Of a DNA stretch of 64,000 nt, positions 20,295 through 30,277 are shown piece after piece. The first letter of the stretch is position 1; every line of letters starts with the position of its first letter. Position numbers and translations under genes: made by a program. The stretch is from an uncultured virus (IMG/VR IMGVR_UViG_3300035663_000008) (Duplodnaviria; Heunggongvirae; Uroviricota; Caudoviricetes). The stretch is taken from IMG/VR virus record IMGVR_UViG_3300035663_000008; one strand, 5' to 3'. Under the pieces are notes generated by a model that saw only the letters and a list, made by a program, of their open reading frames with translations, had not been told where the DNA came from and searched no databases.

Positions 20295-21755
20295 ATGGAA
20301 AACAAGTTTCTAACAGAGCAGGCTCTTCGCAAGTGGAAGCCCGTTCTAGACCACAAGGACATGGCTCCAATCACGGACGCTCACAAGCGTGCCACGATTG
20401 CCACGCTTCTTGAAAACCAAGAGAAGTCTATCCGCGAACAAATGATTGTTGAGGCAGGAACACCAGCCAACAGCCTTGGAGCAGGTATGTCTCCCTTGGC
20501 TTCTGGTGGAGAGAATGCTAACCTTCGTGGGTACGACCCCATTCTCATTCAATTGGTTCGCCGTGCGATGCCTAACCTCATGGCTTACGACATCTGCGGC
20601 GTTCAGGCTATGTCGGCTCCGACAGGTCTGATCTTCGCAATGCGTAGCAAGTACGTTAACCAGAGCGGAACCGAGGCTTTCTACAACGAACCGGCTGCAA
20701 ACTATTCGGGTTCGGATGCTGTCACTCAAAGCGGTTTCTCTGGTGGCACTGCTGGTGGCGGCGCAACGGGAACGATTGCCAACTTTGGTCCAGGAACTGG
20801 CGTTGATCCGTTCTTCGGCTACTCTGGTACTTCGACCAACCCCATCACAGGCAGTGGTTTGACCAGTGGTTCGGCTCTTCGCACAAACTTTGGTGAAGGC
20901 AATGCTCCCAGCGAGATGGCGTTCAGCATTGAGCGTGTTGGTGTGCAGGCTGCAACTCGTATGCTTGCTGCCTCGTACAGCATTGAACTGGCTCAAGACC
21001 TCAAGGCTGTTCACGGTCTTGATGCCGAGACAGAACTCGCCAACATTCTCAGCACGGAAATCCTTGCCGAGATCAACCGCGAGGTTGTCCGTAATGTCTA
21101 TCGTACAGCCAAACTCGGTGCACAGCAGACCGATCTGTACTACAAGACGGTTGCTGGTGGTCTGAGCAGCGGCTCGGCTTACGGTGGTGTCTACGATCTC
21201 ATTCAGGACTCTGACGGTCGTTGGAGCGCGGAAAAGTTCCGTGGTCTAATGTTCCAGATTGAGCGTGAGTGCAACCAGATCGCCAAGGACACCCGTCGTG
21301 GCAAGGGCAACTTCATCATCTGCTCGGCAGATGTTGCTTCAGCCCTCGCAATGGGTGGCTTCCTGAACATCAGCCCCGCGCTGAATGTCAGCCTTGATGT
21401 TGATGACACCGGCAACACCTTTGCTGGTACCATCAACGGCAAGATCAAGGTCTACATTGATCCGTATGTTGATACCAGTTCCAGCAACACCGCTCCCAAC
21501 TTCGTCTGCGTTGGATATAAGGGAACCAGCCCGTATGACGCGGGTCTGTTCTACTGCCCCTATGTCCCGCTACAGATGATGCGTGCAGTTGATCAGGACA
21601 CCTTCCAGCCCAAGATGGCGTTCAAGACCCGCTACGGCATGGTTGCGAACCCCTTCGCGGAAGGCAGCGCACAAGGTATTGGTGCTCTGAAGGCTCGTTC
21701 GAACGTCTACTACCGCATCTTCCGTGTGGACAACCTCCACGGCGTTGCATCGTAA
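20295..21755 (+). CDS. gp23: Major capsid protein gp23
   Basis: LVRRAMPNLMAYDICGVQAM, ELAQDLKAVHGLDAETELANILSTEILAEINREV, FYCPYVPLQM, FKTRYGMVANPF. Confidence 0.98.
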   Translation: MENKFLTEQALRKWKPVLDHKDMAPITDAHKRATIATLLENQEKSIREQMIVEAGTPANSLGAGMSPLASGGENANLRGYDPILIQLVRRAMPNLMAYDICGVQAMSAPTGLIFAMRSKYVNQSGTEAFYNEPAANYSGSDAVTQSGFSGGTAGGGATGTIANFGPGTGVDPFFGYSGTSTNPITGSGLTSGSALRTNFGEGNAPSEMAFSIERVGVQAATRMLAASYSIELAQDLKAVHGLDAETELANILSTEILAEINREVVRNVYRTAKLGAQQTDLYYKTVAGGLSSGSAYGGVYDLIQDSDGRWSAEKFRGLMFQIERECNQIAKDTRRGKGNFIICSADVASALAMGGFLNISPALNVSLDVDDTGNTFAGTINGKIKVYIDPYVDTSSSNTAPNFVCVGYKGTSPYDAGLFYCPYVPLQMMRAVDQDTFQPKMAFKTRYGMVANPFAEGSAQGIGALKARSNVYYRIFRVDNLHGVAS

Positions 21756-21779
21756 TAGACTGCACTAAACCGCACGATG

Positions 21780-21805
21780 GGGGAGGGGGAAACCCCTCCC
21801 CTTTT
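21780..21805 (+). terminator. Rho-independent terminator after gp23
   Basis: GGGGAGGGG-GAAA-CCCCTCCCC perfect 9-bp stem with GNRA loop, then TTTT. Confidence 0.9.
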
Positions 21806-21810
21806 CGTTT

Positions 21811-21817
21811 CTACATA
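21811..21817 (+). promoter_or_regulatory. Late promoter variant CTACATA
   Basis: Directly after the terminator, 5 nt before ATG 21823. Confidence 0.6.
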
Positions 21818-21822
21818 CTAGT

Positions 21823-22350
21823 ATGGCAATACCCTACGATTTCACAGACATCCCCGAAACCATAACCTCTCGGTATCCAGAGCGAATAAATCCGCTACTA
21901 CCAACGTACTATAGATTTGTGATTGCTAGACTCCCAACTACCAGTTATTTTTGTCAAAGTGCGTCTTTGCCAACCGTAACCATGAGTGAAGTCCAAATGC
22001 CTACTCCGTTTGTGCCACTCAAGGCTCCATCAAAATTGGATTTTGATGAGTTGAGCATTACATTCGTAGTGGACGAAGAGATGAAAAACTGGCTTGAGAT
22101 ATTCAACTGGATGCGTTCGGTTACAAATGTGGAAAACTTTTCAGAGGTACGCGCACTCAACACCCATCTATCCACCGCAAATCTACTAGTCACGAACAGC
22201 ACCAAAAATCCAAAAATCAATGTAACGTTTGAAGGCTTGTATCCACGAACACTATCATCAATTGATTTTTCTTCAACCATTGTTGATCCAGAACCGTTTC
22301 AAGCCACTGCCACTTTTGCGTACAGATATTACAATATCGAAGTGCTGTGA
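21823..22350 (+). CDS. gp3: Tail tube terminator / completion protein gp3
   Basis: YFCQSASLP, FDELSITFVVDEEMKNWLEIFNWM, FEGLYPRTLSSIDF; follows gp23. Confidence 0.85.
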   Translation: MAIPYDFTDIPETITSRYPERINPLLPTYYRFVIARLPTTSYFCQSASLPTVTMSEVQMPTPFVPLKAPSKLDFDELSITFVVDEEMKNWLEIFNWMRSVTNVENFSEVRALNTHLSTANLLVTNSTKNPKINVTFEGLYPRTLSSIDFSSTIVDPEPFQATATFAYRYYNIEVL

Positions 22351-22356
22351 TTTTGT

Positions 22357-22384
22357 TTGACCGTCGTTGGATTTCGTGTAGACT
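22357..22384 (+). promoter_or_regulatory. Sigma70-like promoter TTGACC-N16-TAGACT
   Basis: Intergenic before uvsY. Confidence 0.55.
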
Positions 22385-22401
22385 GCTGACACGGAGAACC
22401 T

Positions 22402-22836
22402 ATGACACTAGACGATTTGCGAACAGAAATACAAAAAGACATGGTGTTGAATCAGTTGGAACTAGACACCGAGTCTTTGAAAATCCCTCAGTTACACGGA
22501 AAGTATTTGAATTTTTTGACGGACGAGAGGCTGTCTTTACGAAAAATAGAAGCCGACCGCAGCGTTATGCTTCGTGCAAAGTGGGAGTACTACACAGGCA
22601 AGATGTCTCAAGAAGAACTCGCCGTTCGTGGTTGGGAACCTTTTGCGCTTAAGATATTGAGAAACGATCTTGATTTGTATCTGGATTCCGATTCGGATCT
22701 CATTAAGTGTAATCAGAAAATAGAGTATCAAAAAGAGAAGATTTCTCTTCTGGAAGAAGTAGTCAAAGAATTGAATACTCGCCACTGGAAAATTAGAAAC
22801 GCTATTGAGTGGAGACGATTCACAAATGGACAGTGA
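22402..22836 (+). CDS. uvsY: Recombination mediator UvsY
   Basis: ESLKIPQLHGKY, KWEYYTGK, IRNAIEWRRF. Confidence 0.9.
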   Translation: MTLDDLRTEIQKDMVLNQLELDTESLKIPQLHGKYLNFLTDERLSLRKIEADRSVMLRAKWEYYTGKMSQEELAVRGWEPFALKILRNDLDLYLDSDSDLIKCNQKIEYQKEKISLLEEVVKELNTRHWKIRNAIEWRRFTNGQ

Positions 22837-23377
22837 TTTTTCTTCTCTTCTGAAAAGCGATCCAAATAAATGGTGGATTGACCGTATGTATCTGCAAGAC
22901 ACCATGAAATACGTTCGCAAAAGCACAGATCCAAACACACAGGTGGGTGCCTCTCTAGTTGTGGATGACGGCACAGGAATAATCTTTGGACGCTGTAACG
23001 CAGTCGCGGAACGCCTTGTGCAAGCAGGATACCCTATAATCAAAGAAGACAAGAATTTTTGCACAGAACACGCAGAGAGAAATCTCATATTTGACGCGAT
23101 TCAAAATGGAGTAAATGTTGATGGGATGACAATGTACTGTAATTGGGCTACTTGTGCAGAGTGTTCCCGTTGCATAATAAAGTTTGGAATTAAGAGAGTG
23201 GTTACATTTTCTGCTGTGGTGGAGCGTACACCTGAGAAGTGGAAAAAGAGTGTGTGGGAAGGGCTGTCGATGTTAAAAAATTGTGGAATTTCTGTTGTTG
23301 GTTGGAGGGGAGATTTTGGAATACAAACCTCTTTCCGATTTGACGGTAAGTGGATCACGAACAAGGATCTGCTCTGA
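22826..23377 (+). CDS. dCMP deaminase-like zinc deaminase
   Basis: STDPNTQVGA, HAERN, TCAECSRCIIKFGIKRVV. Confidence 0.85.
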   Translation: MDSDFSSLLKSDPNKWWIDRMYLQDTMKYVRKSTDPNTQVGASLVVDDGTGIIFGRCNAVAERLVQAGYPIIKEDKNFCTEHAERNLIFDAIQNGVNVDGMTMYCNWATCAECSRCIIKFGIKRVVTFSAVVERTPEKWKKSVWEGLSMLKNCGISVVGWRGDFGIQTSFRFDGKWITNKDLL

Positions 23378-24880
23378 ATGTTTGACCTAGATGTGAGCAT
23401 GGTTGATTCGGTTAATGTGCGGGTGGACTGCAATCGCGGCATCGCACAGGAACTGTCTGACTATTTCACATTCAAGGTTCCAGGCTACAAGTTCATGCCA
23501 GCGTACCGTTCGCGGATGTGGAACGGAGACATCAAACTGTTCAATGTCCACACGGGACTGATTTACGCGGGTCTGACGGACTACATCCGCAAGTTCGCGG
23601 ATGACCGTGGCTACACGGTGACGCTGCCCACTAGAAATGAATCGGGCATGACATCCGCAGCGGTGAAGAGTTTCCTTGAGAACTTCTTGCAGGTCACCGT
23701 GGCAGGACGCAAGGTGAACGCACACGAACACCAAGTGAATGCCGTGCATCACGCACTCACGCAAGAACGGTGCTTGCTGCTGTCGCCAACAGGTAGCGGA
23801 AAAAGTCTCATCATCTATGCACTGATACGGTACTATCTGGACAAAATCCCCAAGAGCAAAAAGGTGCTGATCGTAGTACCTACCGTTTCTCTTGTGGAGC
23901 AGATGGTTTCGGATTTCGCAGACTACTCGTCCGTGAACGGGTGGAGCGTAGACACGAATTGCCACAAGATCATGGCGGGAGAAAGCAAAACCACCGACAA
24001 ACGGGTGGTGGTTTCCACATGGCAGTCCCTGTTCAAGCAGCCAGAGAAGTACTTTCAGCAGTTCTCTGCGGTGATTGGTGACGAAGCCCACTTGTTTAAG
24101 TCCAAGTCCCTTACTGCTATCATGTCCAAACTCAAGGACTGTCCGTATCGTGTAGGCACCACAGGAACACTGGACGGAACAAACACCCACAGGCTTGTTC
24201 TAGAGGGACTGTTTGGACGCGCTTACGAGGTCACCAAGACAAAGGAATTGATGGAGAAGCGCATTCTCAGTGATCTGAAGATTGACTGTCTTCTGCTGTC
24301 GTATCCCGATCTTGACAGGCAGGCAGTGAAACGCGCCAAGTATCAGGACGAAATACGGTGGATCATTGGTTCGCAGAGGCGGAACAAGTTTATTGCCGAT
24401 ATGTGCAGTCGCTTGAAGGGCAACTCTCTCATACTATTTCAATTCGTTGAAGACCACGGAAAAGTACTAAATAGTCTAGTGAGGGCTTGCGTTCCTCCCG
24501 AACGCAAGGTATTCTTTGTGCATGGTGGCACAGAGGCTGCTGACAGAGAGGAGATTCGCAAGATTGTGGAGAGTGAATCCGATGCCGTCATTATTGCTTC
24601 ATACGGTACATTCAGTACGGGAATCTCTATCCGTCGCCTCCACAATATCATATTTGCATCGCCATCCAAGTCACGCATTCGTGTTCTACAGAGCATCGGA
24701 AGGCAGTTGCGGGTGTCGCAAGACAAGACGGTTGCGCGACTTTACGATTTAGGTGATGATCTTTCCTGGAAAACTTGGAAAAATCACACCCTTCGGCACA
24801 TGAATGAGCGTATGAAACTGTACGAGGCAGAGGGATTTGAACACAAACTAGTCAAGATACAGTTGGGAGAAGACACATGA
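23378..24880 (+). CDS. uvsW: DNA helicase UvsW
   Basis: SPTGSGKS, DEAH, GTTGT, QSIGR; N-terminal FTFKVPGYKFMPAYR. Confidence 0.95.
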   Translation: MFDLDVSMVDSVNVRVDCNRGIAQELSDYFTFKVPGYKFMPAYRSRMWNGDIKLFNVHTGLIYAGLTDYIRKFADDRGYTVTLPTRNESGMTSAAVKSFLENFLQVTVAGRKVNAHEHQVNAVHHALTQERCLLLSPTGSGKSLIIYALIRYYLDKIPKSKKVLIVVPTVSLVEQMVSDFADYSSVNGWSVDTNCHKIMAGESKTTDKRVVVSTWQSLFKQPEKYFQQFSAVIGDEAHLFKSKSLTAIMSKLKDCPYRVGTTGTLDGTNTHRLVLEGLFGRAYEVTKTKELMEKRILSDLKIDCLLLSYPDLDRQAVKRAKYQDEIRWIIGSQRRNKFIADMCSRLKGNSLILFQFVEDHGKVLNSLVRACVPPERKVFFVHGGTEAADREEIRKIVESESDAVIIASYGTFSTGISIRRLHNIIFASPSKSRIRVLQSIGRQLRVSQDKTVARLYDLGDDLSWKTWKNHTLRHMNERMKLYEAEGFEHKLVKIQLGEDT

Positions 24881-25740
24881 GAAGAGCAAAGAAATCCGAA
24901 CTCAGAGTCTTCAAACTACGCAGTGGAGAAGAGATCATCGCCAAGGTTTCTGGCAAGAGCAGGGGCAAGATTAAACTCGTTCGTCCCATGCGGATAATGA
25001 ACAACATACAGACTGATCCGTATAGTGGAGTCAAGCGTCATGTGATTTTTTTCTCTGATTGGCTAGGCAGTTCTGCGGAAATAGAGGCAGACATTCCACT
25101 AGACTTTATTGTGGTTGAGTTGCCCCCTGATGCGGACATGATTACACTATACACGCGGCAGACAGAACACGATGACACAAACTCAGGAAAGCCAGCAGCG
25201 GTTGTGCCTCCCGAACTTCCACTTGAAATGACCGAAGAAGAGATGCAACGGCTTTCAGATGATGTAGACATGAAATTAGAAGAGATGATCAAGCAGTTGG
25301 CACAAGAAGATAGTGGTGCAACCGGAAGCAGCGAGAATGGACTGCCGATGGGAATGCCTCCTCTATTTCCGTTTCAGATGCCTAAACTTCCACCGATGCC
25401 TCCCAGAGGCGATGGAATACTTTTTTCAGTCAGTATTCCAAGCGACATCTTGAGCAGTTGGGTGGAGAGTGGATTTATTGATTATCTAAAGGACTCGGTT
25501 CAAGACTTTATCTCAACCGAGTTCATGGAAGACATGATGAATCAAGAGGAGGACGAAGTTCCTCAAAAGCCGAAGAAAAAGCGGAACAAGCGTGAAAAGA
25601 TTTCCAAGGACGAGTGGAAAGAACCCACTGATGATCTGAAGCAAAAACCCAACTACGGTAACAGTCACGATGACTGGTCGCCGTACCTGAAGGACTACTT
25701 GCCAGAGCAAGAGCCTCCAAAAAATGAAGATGAAGGTTGA
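24877..25740 (+). CDS. Hypothetical protein, N-terminal KLRSGEEIIA domain, acidic/Pro-rich tail
   Basis: Common T4-like gene between uvsW and gp55; ATGA overlap. Confidence 0.65.
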   Translation: MRRAKKSELRVFKLRSGEEIIAKVSGKSRGKIKLVRPMRIMNNIQTDPYSGVKRHVIFFSDWLGSSAEIEADIPLDFIVVELPPDADMITLYTRQTEHDDTNSGKPAAVVPPELPLEMTEEEMQRLSDDVDMKLEEMIKQLAQEDSGATGSSENGLPMGMPPLFPFQMPKLPPMPPRGDGILFSVSIPSDILSSWVESGFIDYLKDSVQDFISTEFMEDMMNQEEDEVPQKPKKKRNKREKISKDEWKEPTDDLKQKPNYGNSHDDWSPYLKDYLPEQEPPKNEDEG

Positions 25741-25764
25741 CAAAAACACTACATGATGGATAAT
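25737..25764 (+). promoter_or_regulatory. Sigma70-like promoter TTGACA-N16-GATAAT
   Basis: Before gp55. Confidence 0.5.
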
Positions 25765-25783
25765 AGTCAGTGAAAGGCATACG

Positions 25784-26392
25784 ATGGCAAAAAAGAAAAG
25801 TGAACATTACATAGACAATCAGCAGTTTTTTGAAGAGATGCGCGAGTGGAAAACTCTTGTGAATGCAGCAGACAAGGCGGGAACTTCGCACCCGCCTGTT
25901 ACTCACTACATTGGTGAGTGCTTTATGAAGATTGCGGAGAACCTGTCCCGCAAGCCGAACTTTATCAACTATCCGTATCGTGACGAGATGATCTCGGACG
26001 GCATAGAGAACTGCTTGCTGTATGCATACAATTTTGATCCATCCAAGTCCAAGAACCCGTTCTCGTACTTCACGCAGATCATCTACTATGCTTTCCTTCG
26101 CCGCATTCAGAAGGAGAAGAAGCAGGCGTACATCAAACTCAAGAAGATTGAGATGAGCGATGTAGACTCGCAGATGAAGAAGTGGTTCCGTGAGAACTAC
26201 CTGAAGGTTGGGGACAACTTTGAGACTCTGCCGACATTCCTTACCGAAAACGACATCAACTCGTTTGAGAAGAAGACGGGTGAGGCTGAAATCGTTGTGG
26301 ACGAGCCACTAGAAAAGCCGAAGAAGACCACGAAGCCAAAGAAGCCTTCAAAGCCGAAGGCAAAGGTTTCAAAGAAAGGCAAGAAGAAGTGA
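25784..26392 (+). CDS. gp55: Late sigma factor gp55
   Basis: HYIDNQQF, PNFINYPYRDEMISDGIENC, NPFSYFTQIIYYAFLRRIQKEKKQ. Confidence 0.95.
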   Translation: MAKKKSEHYIDNQQFFEEMREWKTLVNAADKAGTSHPPVTHYIGECFMKIAENLSRKPNFINYPYRDEMISDGIENCLLYAYNFDPSKSKNPFSYFTQIIYYAFLRRIQKEKKQAYIKLKKIEMSDVDSQMKKWFRENYLKVGDNFETLPTFLTENDINSFEKKTGEAEIVVDEPLEKPKKTTKPKKPSKPKAKVSKKGKKK

Positions 26393-27453
26393 AGATTGCC
26401 ATCGTGACGGACACGCACTTTGGTGCGCGTAATGATTCCCCTGTGTTCATGGAACACTTCATGCGGTTCTTTGACCGCGTGTTCTTTCCTCGTATCCAAG
26501 CGGAAGGCATCACCACCATTATTCATATGGGCGACTTTCTTGATCGCCGCAAGTTCGTGAATTTCCTCACGCTGAATGCTGTCCGTAATGGTTTTGTGAA
26601 GCGGCTTGAAGAGAGCGGTGCGGTCATGCACTGCATTCTCGGAAACCACGACATCTTCTTCAAGAACAAGAGCGAGGTGAACTCGCTTCAGGAACTGTTC
26701 TCTGACAAGTTCGTGGTGTATGACAAGCCAACCACAGTTGAGTTTGACGGTACACCGATTGCGCTGCTGCCGTGGATCAACAAGGAGAACGAAGCCGAAT
26801 CTCTGAAGTTCATCGCAGAAACCCCTGCCGAAATCCTGTGTGGTCACCTTGAATTGAACGGATATCAGGTGCTGCGCGGCACTCCTTTTGATGGGGGCAT
26901 GAGCGCAGAACCGTTCAAGCGGTTCAAGGCTGTGTACACGGGACATTTTCATACCCGCCACTCCCGTGAGAACATCCACTACTTGGGATGTCCGTACCAA
27001 ATCACCATGAACGACTACGGTGACAAGAAGGGATTCCATATTCTTGATACTGAAACCCGTGAGTTGGAGTTCGTGAAGAATCCGCATACGATCTTCACGC
27101 AGATCCGCTACGATGACACCGATGCCAGCGAGACTGTTCCTCTGTCGGTAGAGGAAGAGCGCACTCGCGGCAAGTTCGTGCGTATCATCGTGGAGCAGAA
27201 GACGAAGCCGTACCTGTTCGAGAAGTTCGTGGACTCGGTGTACGCTTCCGCTCCTCACGGGGTCACGATCATTGAAGACCTTCAGCCTGACCAAAACGGG
27301 GACAGCGACCTCGTTGACTTGGGCGAGGACACCATCACCATCATTAACAAGGAGATTGAAGCCCTTCAGAATATCTCCGATCCGAAGCGGCTGAAGACCC
27401 TTGTGCGCGACCTGTATGCGGAGTGCATTGCAAACGAGACTGTCAAGCCATGA
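26389..27453 (+). CDS. gp47: Recombination nuclease gp47 (Mre11/SbcD-like)
   Basis: TDTHFG, GDFLD, GNHD, GHFH metallophosphoesterase motifs. Confidence 0.95.
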   Translation: MKIAIVTDTHFGARNDSPVFMEHFMRFFDRVFFPRIQAEGITTIIHMGDFLDRRKFVNFLTLNAVRNGFVKRLEESGAVMHCILGNHDIFFKNKSEVNSLQELFSDKFVVYDKPTTVEFDGTPIALLPWINKENEAESLKFIAETPAEILCGHLELNGYQVLRGTPFDGGMSAEPFKRFKAVYTGHFHTRHSRENIHYLGCPYQITMNDYGDKKGFHILDTETRELEFVKNPHTIFTQIRYDDTDASETVPLSVEEERTRGKFVRIIVEQKTKPYLFEKFVDSVYASAPHGVTIIEDLQPDQNGDSDLVDLGEDTITIINKEIEALQNISDPKRLKTLVRDLYAECIANETVKP

Positions 27454-29162
27454 TTACATTCAGTAAAATCCGTTGGAAGAACTTATTGAGTACGGGAAAT
27501 GTATTCACGGAGGTTCAGTTGGACAAGCACTCCACCACTCTCATCTGTGGCGAGAACGGTGCGGGCAAGACCACCATGTTGGATGCTCTCACCTTTGTGC
27601 TTTACGGCAAGCCGTTCCGAAACATTAATCTGCCGCAGATCGTGAACTCCATCAACGGCAAAGATTGCGTAGTGGAGATTGAATTCACCTCAAACGGCAG
27701 CAAGTACAAGGTTGTGCGTGGGCTGGCTCCGAAAGTGTTTACCATTGAGAAGGACGGCAAGACCGTTGAGCAGACGGCAAATGCAAAGGACTACCAAGCC
27801 ATTCTTGAGGGGCAAATCCTCAAGATGAACTACAAGACATTCTGTCAGGTAGTGATTCTTGGCTCCACGAACTATGTGCCGTTTATGCGCCTTCCTGCTG
27901 CGGATCGCCGTAACATCGTGGAGAACCTGTTGGACATTGATGTGTTCTCCAAGATGAACGAAGCACTGAAATCGCGGCTCACTTCTACAAAGGATGAACT
28001 GCGCTCTGTGGAGTCCACGATCAGCACGGTAAGGATGAAGATTGAACACAAGGCGGACATGATCAAGAAGATTGAGGAGAAGTCAGACTCGCAGTTGGAA
28101 TCCTACAAGAAGTCTGCGGAGGAAGAGCAGGAGTCTCTGCAATCTCTGCTAGAGCGGAAGGCTACTTTGCAGAGCGAGATTGCTGCACTTGCGGAGAGTG
28201 TTGCGTCTGTGGACAAGCAGCGCGACTCTATCTCGCAGATGACGGCTCTACGAAAACAGATGCAAGGAAATGTGAAGAAAGTGCAGGACGAGCGTACATT
28301 CTACGAACAGAACGATGAATGTCCTGTGTGTAAGCACGGCTTGCCCGATGAGTTCCGTCAGGACATGATCGGCAAGAAGGAAGCCCGAGAAACGGAACTA
28401 GCCCTTGCTCTACAGAAGATGGAGCGGATGCTAGAGGACGCGAGAACGAAACTTGACATTGCGAATGTGGTTGTGAAGCAGATAGACGAAAAGCGTCAGG
28501 AGTCTCACAAGACTGATTCCGCAATTGCGTCCTCCAAGAAATATCTGAAGCAGTTGCAGGAACTCGCGGAGAAGGTACAGCGGGAGAAGGGTTCCATTCA
28601 GACGGAACGGGATGCCATCACCACGCTGCAAGCAGAAGAGGACGCAGCAGAAGGACAGAAGAAGGAGTTCGTTGAGGACTTGCACACAATGGAGATTGCC
28701 ACCGTGCTGCTGAAGGACAGCGGTATCAAGCGCAAGATCATTCGTAAATACATTCCTGCTCTCAATAAAATCATCAACAAGTATTTGATTTCAATGGATT
28801 TCTTCGCGCAGTTCACCCTGAACGAGGACTTCAATGAAATAATCAAGAGCCGCCACCGTGACGAATTTTCGTATGAAAATTTCAGCGAGGGTGAAAAATT
28901 GAGGATTGATGTTTCCCTCTTGCTTGCGTGGCGAGACATTGCTAGAATGAAGAACAGTGCCAACACGAACCTACTCATTCTTGACGAAGTATTTGATTCC
29001 TCCCTTGATGCCGTTGGCACCGAAGAGGTAATCAAGATTTTGCAAGGCATGGGTGGTAGCAGCAACATCTTTGTGATCTCACACAAGTCTGACCAGTTAC
29101 TAGATAAGTTCCAGAACATCTTGACCTACAAGAAGGTCAACAACTTCAGCAAACTATGCTAA
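27450..29162 (+). CDS. gp46: Recombination ATPase gp46 (Rad50/SbcC-like)
   Basis: GENGAGKTT, CPVC zinc hook, FSEGEK signature, LILDEVFDSSLD, ISH. Confidence 0.96.
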   Translation: MITFSKIRWKNLLSTGNVFTEVQLDKHSTTLICGENGAGKTTMLDALTFVLYGKPFRNINLPQIVNSINGKDCVVEIEFTSNGSKYKVVRGLAPKVFTIEKDGKTVEQTANAKDYQAILEGQILKMNYKTFCQVVILGSTNYVPFMRLPAADRRNIVENLLDIDVFSKMNEALKSRLTSTKDELRSVESTISTVRMKIEHKADMIKKIEEKSDSQLESYKKSAEEEQESLQSLLERKATLQSEIAALAESVASVDKQRDSISQMTALRKQMQGNVKKVQDERTFYEQNDECPVCKHGLPDEFRQDMIGKKEARETELALALQKMERMLEDARTKLDIANVVVKQIDEKRQESHKTDSAIASSKKYLKQLQELAEKVQREKGSIQTERDAITTLQAEEDAAEGQKKEFVEDLHTMEIATVLLKDSGIKRKIIRKYIPALNKIINKYLISMDFFAQFTLNEDFNEIIKSRHRDEFSYENFSEGEKLRIDVSLLLAWRDIARMKNSANTNLLILDEVFDSSLDAVGTEEVIKILQGMGGSSNIFVISHKSDQLLDKFQNILTYKKVNNFSKLC

Positions 29163-29164
29163 CC

Positions 29165-30277
29165 ATGAGTCGGAAAATTTCAAAAGAACGAGCGCGTAAC
29201 ATTCTGTCGGGTGGGGCAGAACCGCAGTATGACCCCAACACAAAGGCAGATGATCTTGAACTCGTGATTGAAAAATCACTGTACTGGTACAGGCAAAATT
29301 TCAAACTGCCTGCCGCCAAGCAGTGGGTGCGAGAATATCTGCAAAGCAACGAACGGCAAGAGGATGCTGCACTCGTTACCCGTGCAGGAAAAGAACACTT
29401 CCGATTCGTGGCTCCCTACTGCCGCATGGCTGTTCGGGGTTTTCCATTCGGAGAGAAGTCTCAAGAACTAATCACAAAACACCTTGATCAACTGCTCCAA
29501 AGCGCAAGAGCCAATGCTCCTGCGGCAGAGCGTCCAAGCGTGGCGGATCGCGTGGCAGCAAAGGCTGACGCTACTCTCTGCCTGTTGGAGCCTGTGCTTG
29601 ACGATGCTATGTCTGCTGTGCGTGGCGGAAAGCGCAAGGACACCGCCATCGTGGATTGGATCAAGAGCAGTGACCTGAATCGCCCTCTTGCACTTGCGGT
29701 GAGGGAGCGATTGGATTCTGTGCTTCAGGAGTTTAGTCTTGCACACAGTGGCAAAGACCCTGATCTGAAGGAAGGGTATTCCCATTTCAGTCCGAAGGCT
29801 TTGAAGTATATGATTGAAATACTGGAAGGCGCAATTCAAAATTTGGATGATCGCATCGGGGTTCTCCGTGCCTCCCGCAAGCCCCGCAAGACAAAGCCCA
29901 AGAGTGCGGAAAAGCAAATAAAGGGACTGAAGTTCCTGTGCCGAAGTGAGGCTTTTGGGGTTGACTCCGCGAAGCCACAGGCTATCATTGGGTCACAAGG
30001 ACTGATCGTGTTCAACATTAAGAACAACAAAGCCACCGTCTTCATCGCAGTTGAGCCGAAGAGCGGACTAGCGGTGAAGGGTTCCACTTTGGTTGGGTTT
30101 GACAGCACGAAGTCCTTTGAGAAGACTGTGCGGAAGCCTGACGAGTTCCTGAAGAACACGGACGGATGCCGTAAGACTTTCACCGCTGCGGTGCGTTACC
30201 TCAACGGCGTGAAGACAAAGCAGGGTGAACCTACGGGTCGCATCAACAAGCACTGCCTACTGCTACAGGTGAACTAA
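29165..30277 (+). CDS. Conserved T4-like hypothetical protein
   Basis: Long ORF with resident codon usage; DLKEGYSH and GRINKHCLLL motifs. Confidence 0.7.
   Translation: MSRKISKERARNILSGGAEPQYDPNTKADDLELVIEKSLYWYRQNFKLPAAKQWVREYLQSNERQEDAALVTRAGKEHFRFVAPYCRMAVRGFPFGEKSQELITKHLDQLLQSARANAPAAERPSVADRVAAKADATLCLLEPVLDDAMSAVRGGKRKDTAIVDWIKSSDLNRPLALAVRERLDSVLQEFSLAHSGKDPDLKEGYSHFSPKALKYMIEILEGAIQNLDDRIGVLRASRKPRKTKPKSAEKQIKGLKFLCRSEAFGVDSAKPQAIIGSQGLIVFNIKNNKATVFIAVEPKSGLAVKGSTLVGFDSTKSFEKTVRKPDEFLKNTDGCRKTFTAAVRYLNGVKTKQGEPTGRINKHCLLLQVN

Noticed and set aside
24467..24473. CTAAATA inside uvsW
   Set aside because: About 400 nt from the next start and within coding sequence; no independent support
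26197..27294. 365-aa minus-strand ORF
   Set aside because: Antisense shadow of gp47 caused by codon bias; no recognisable motifs
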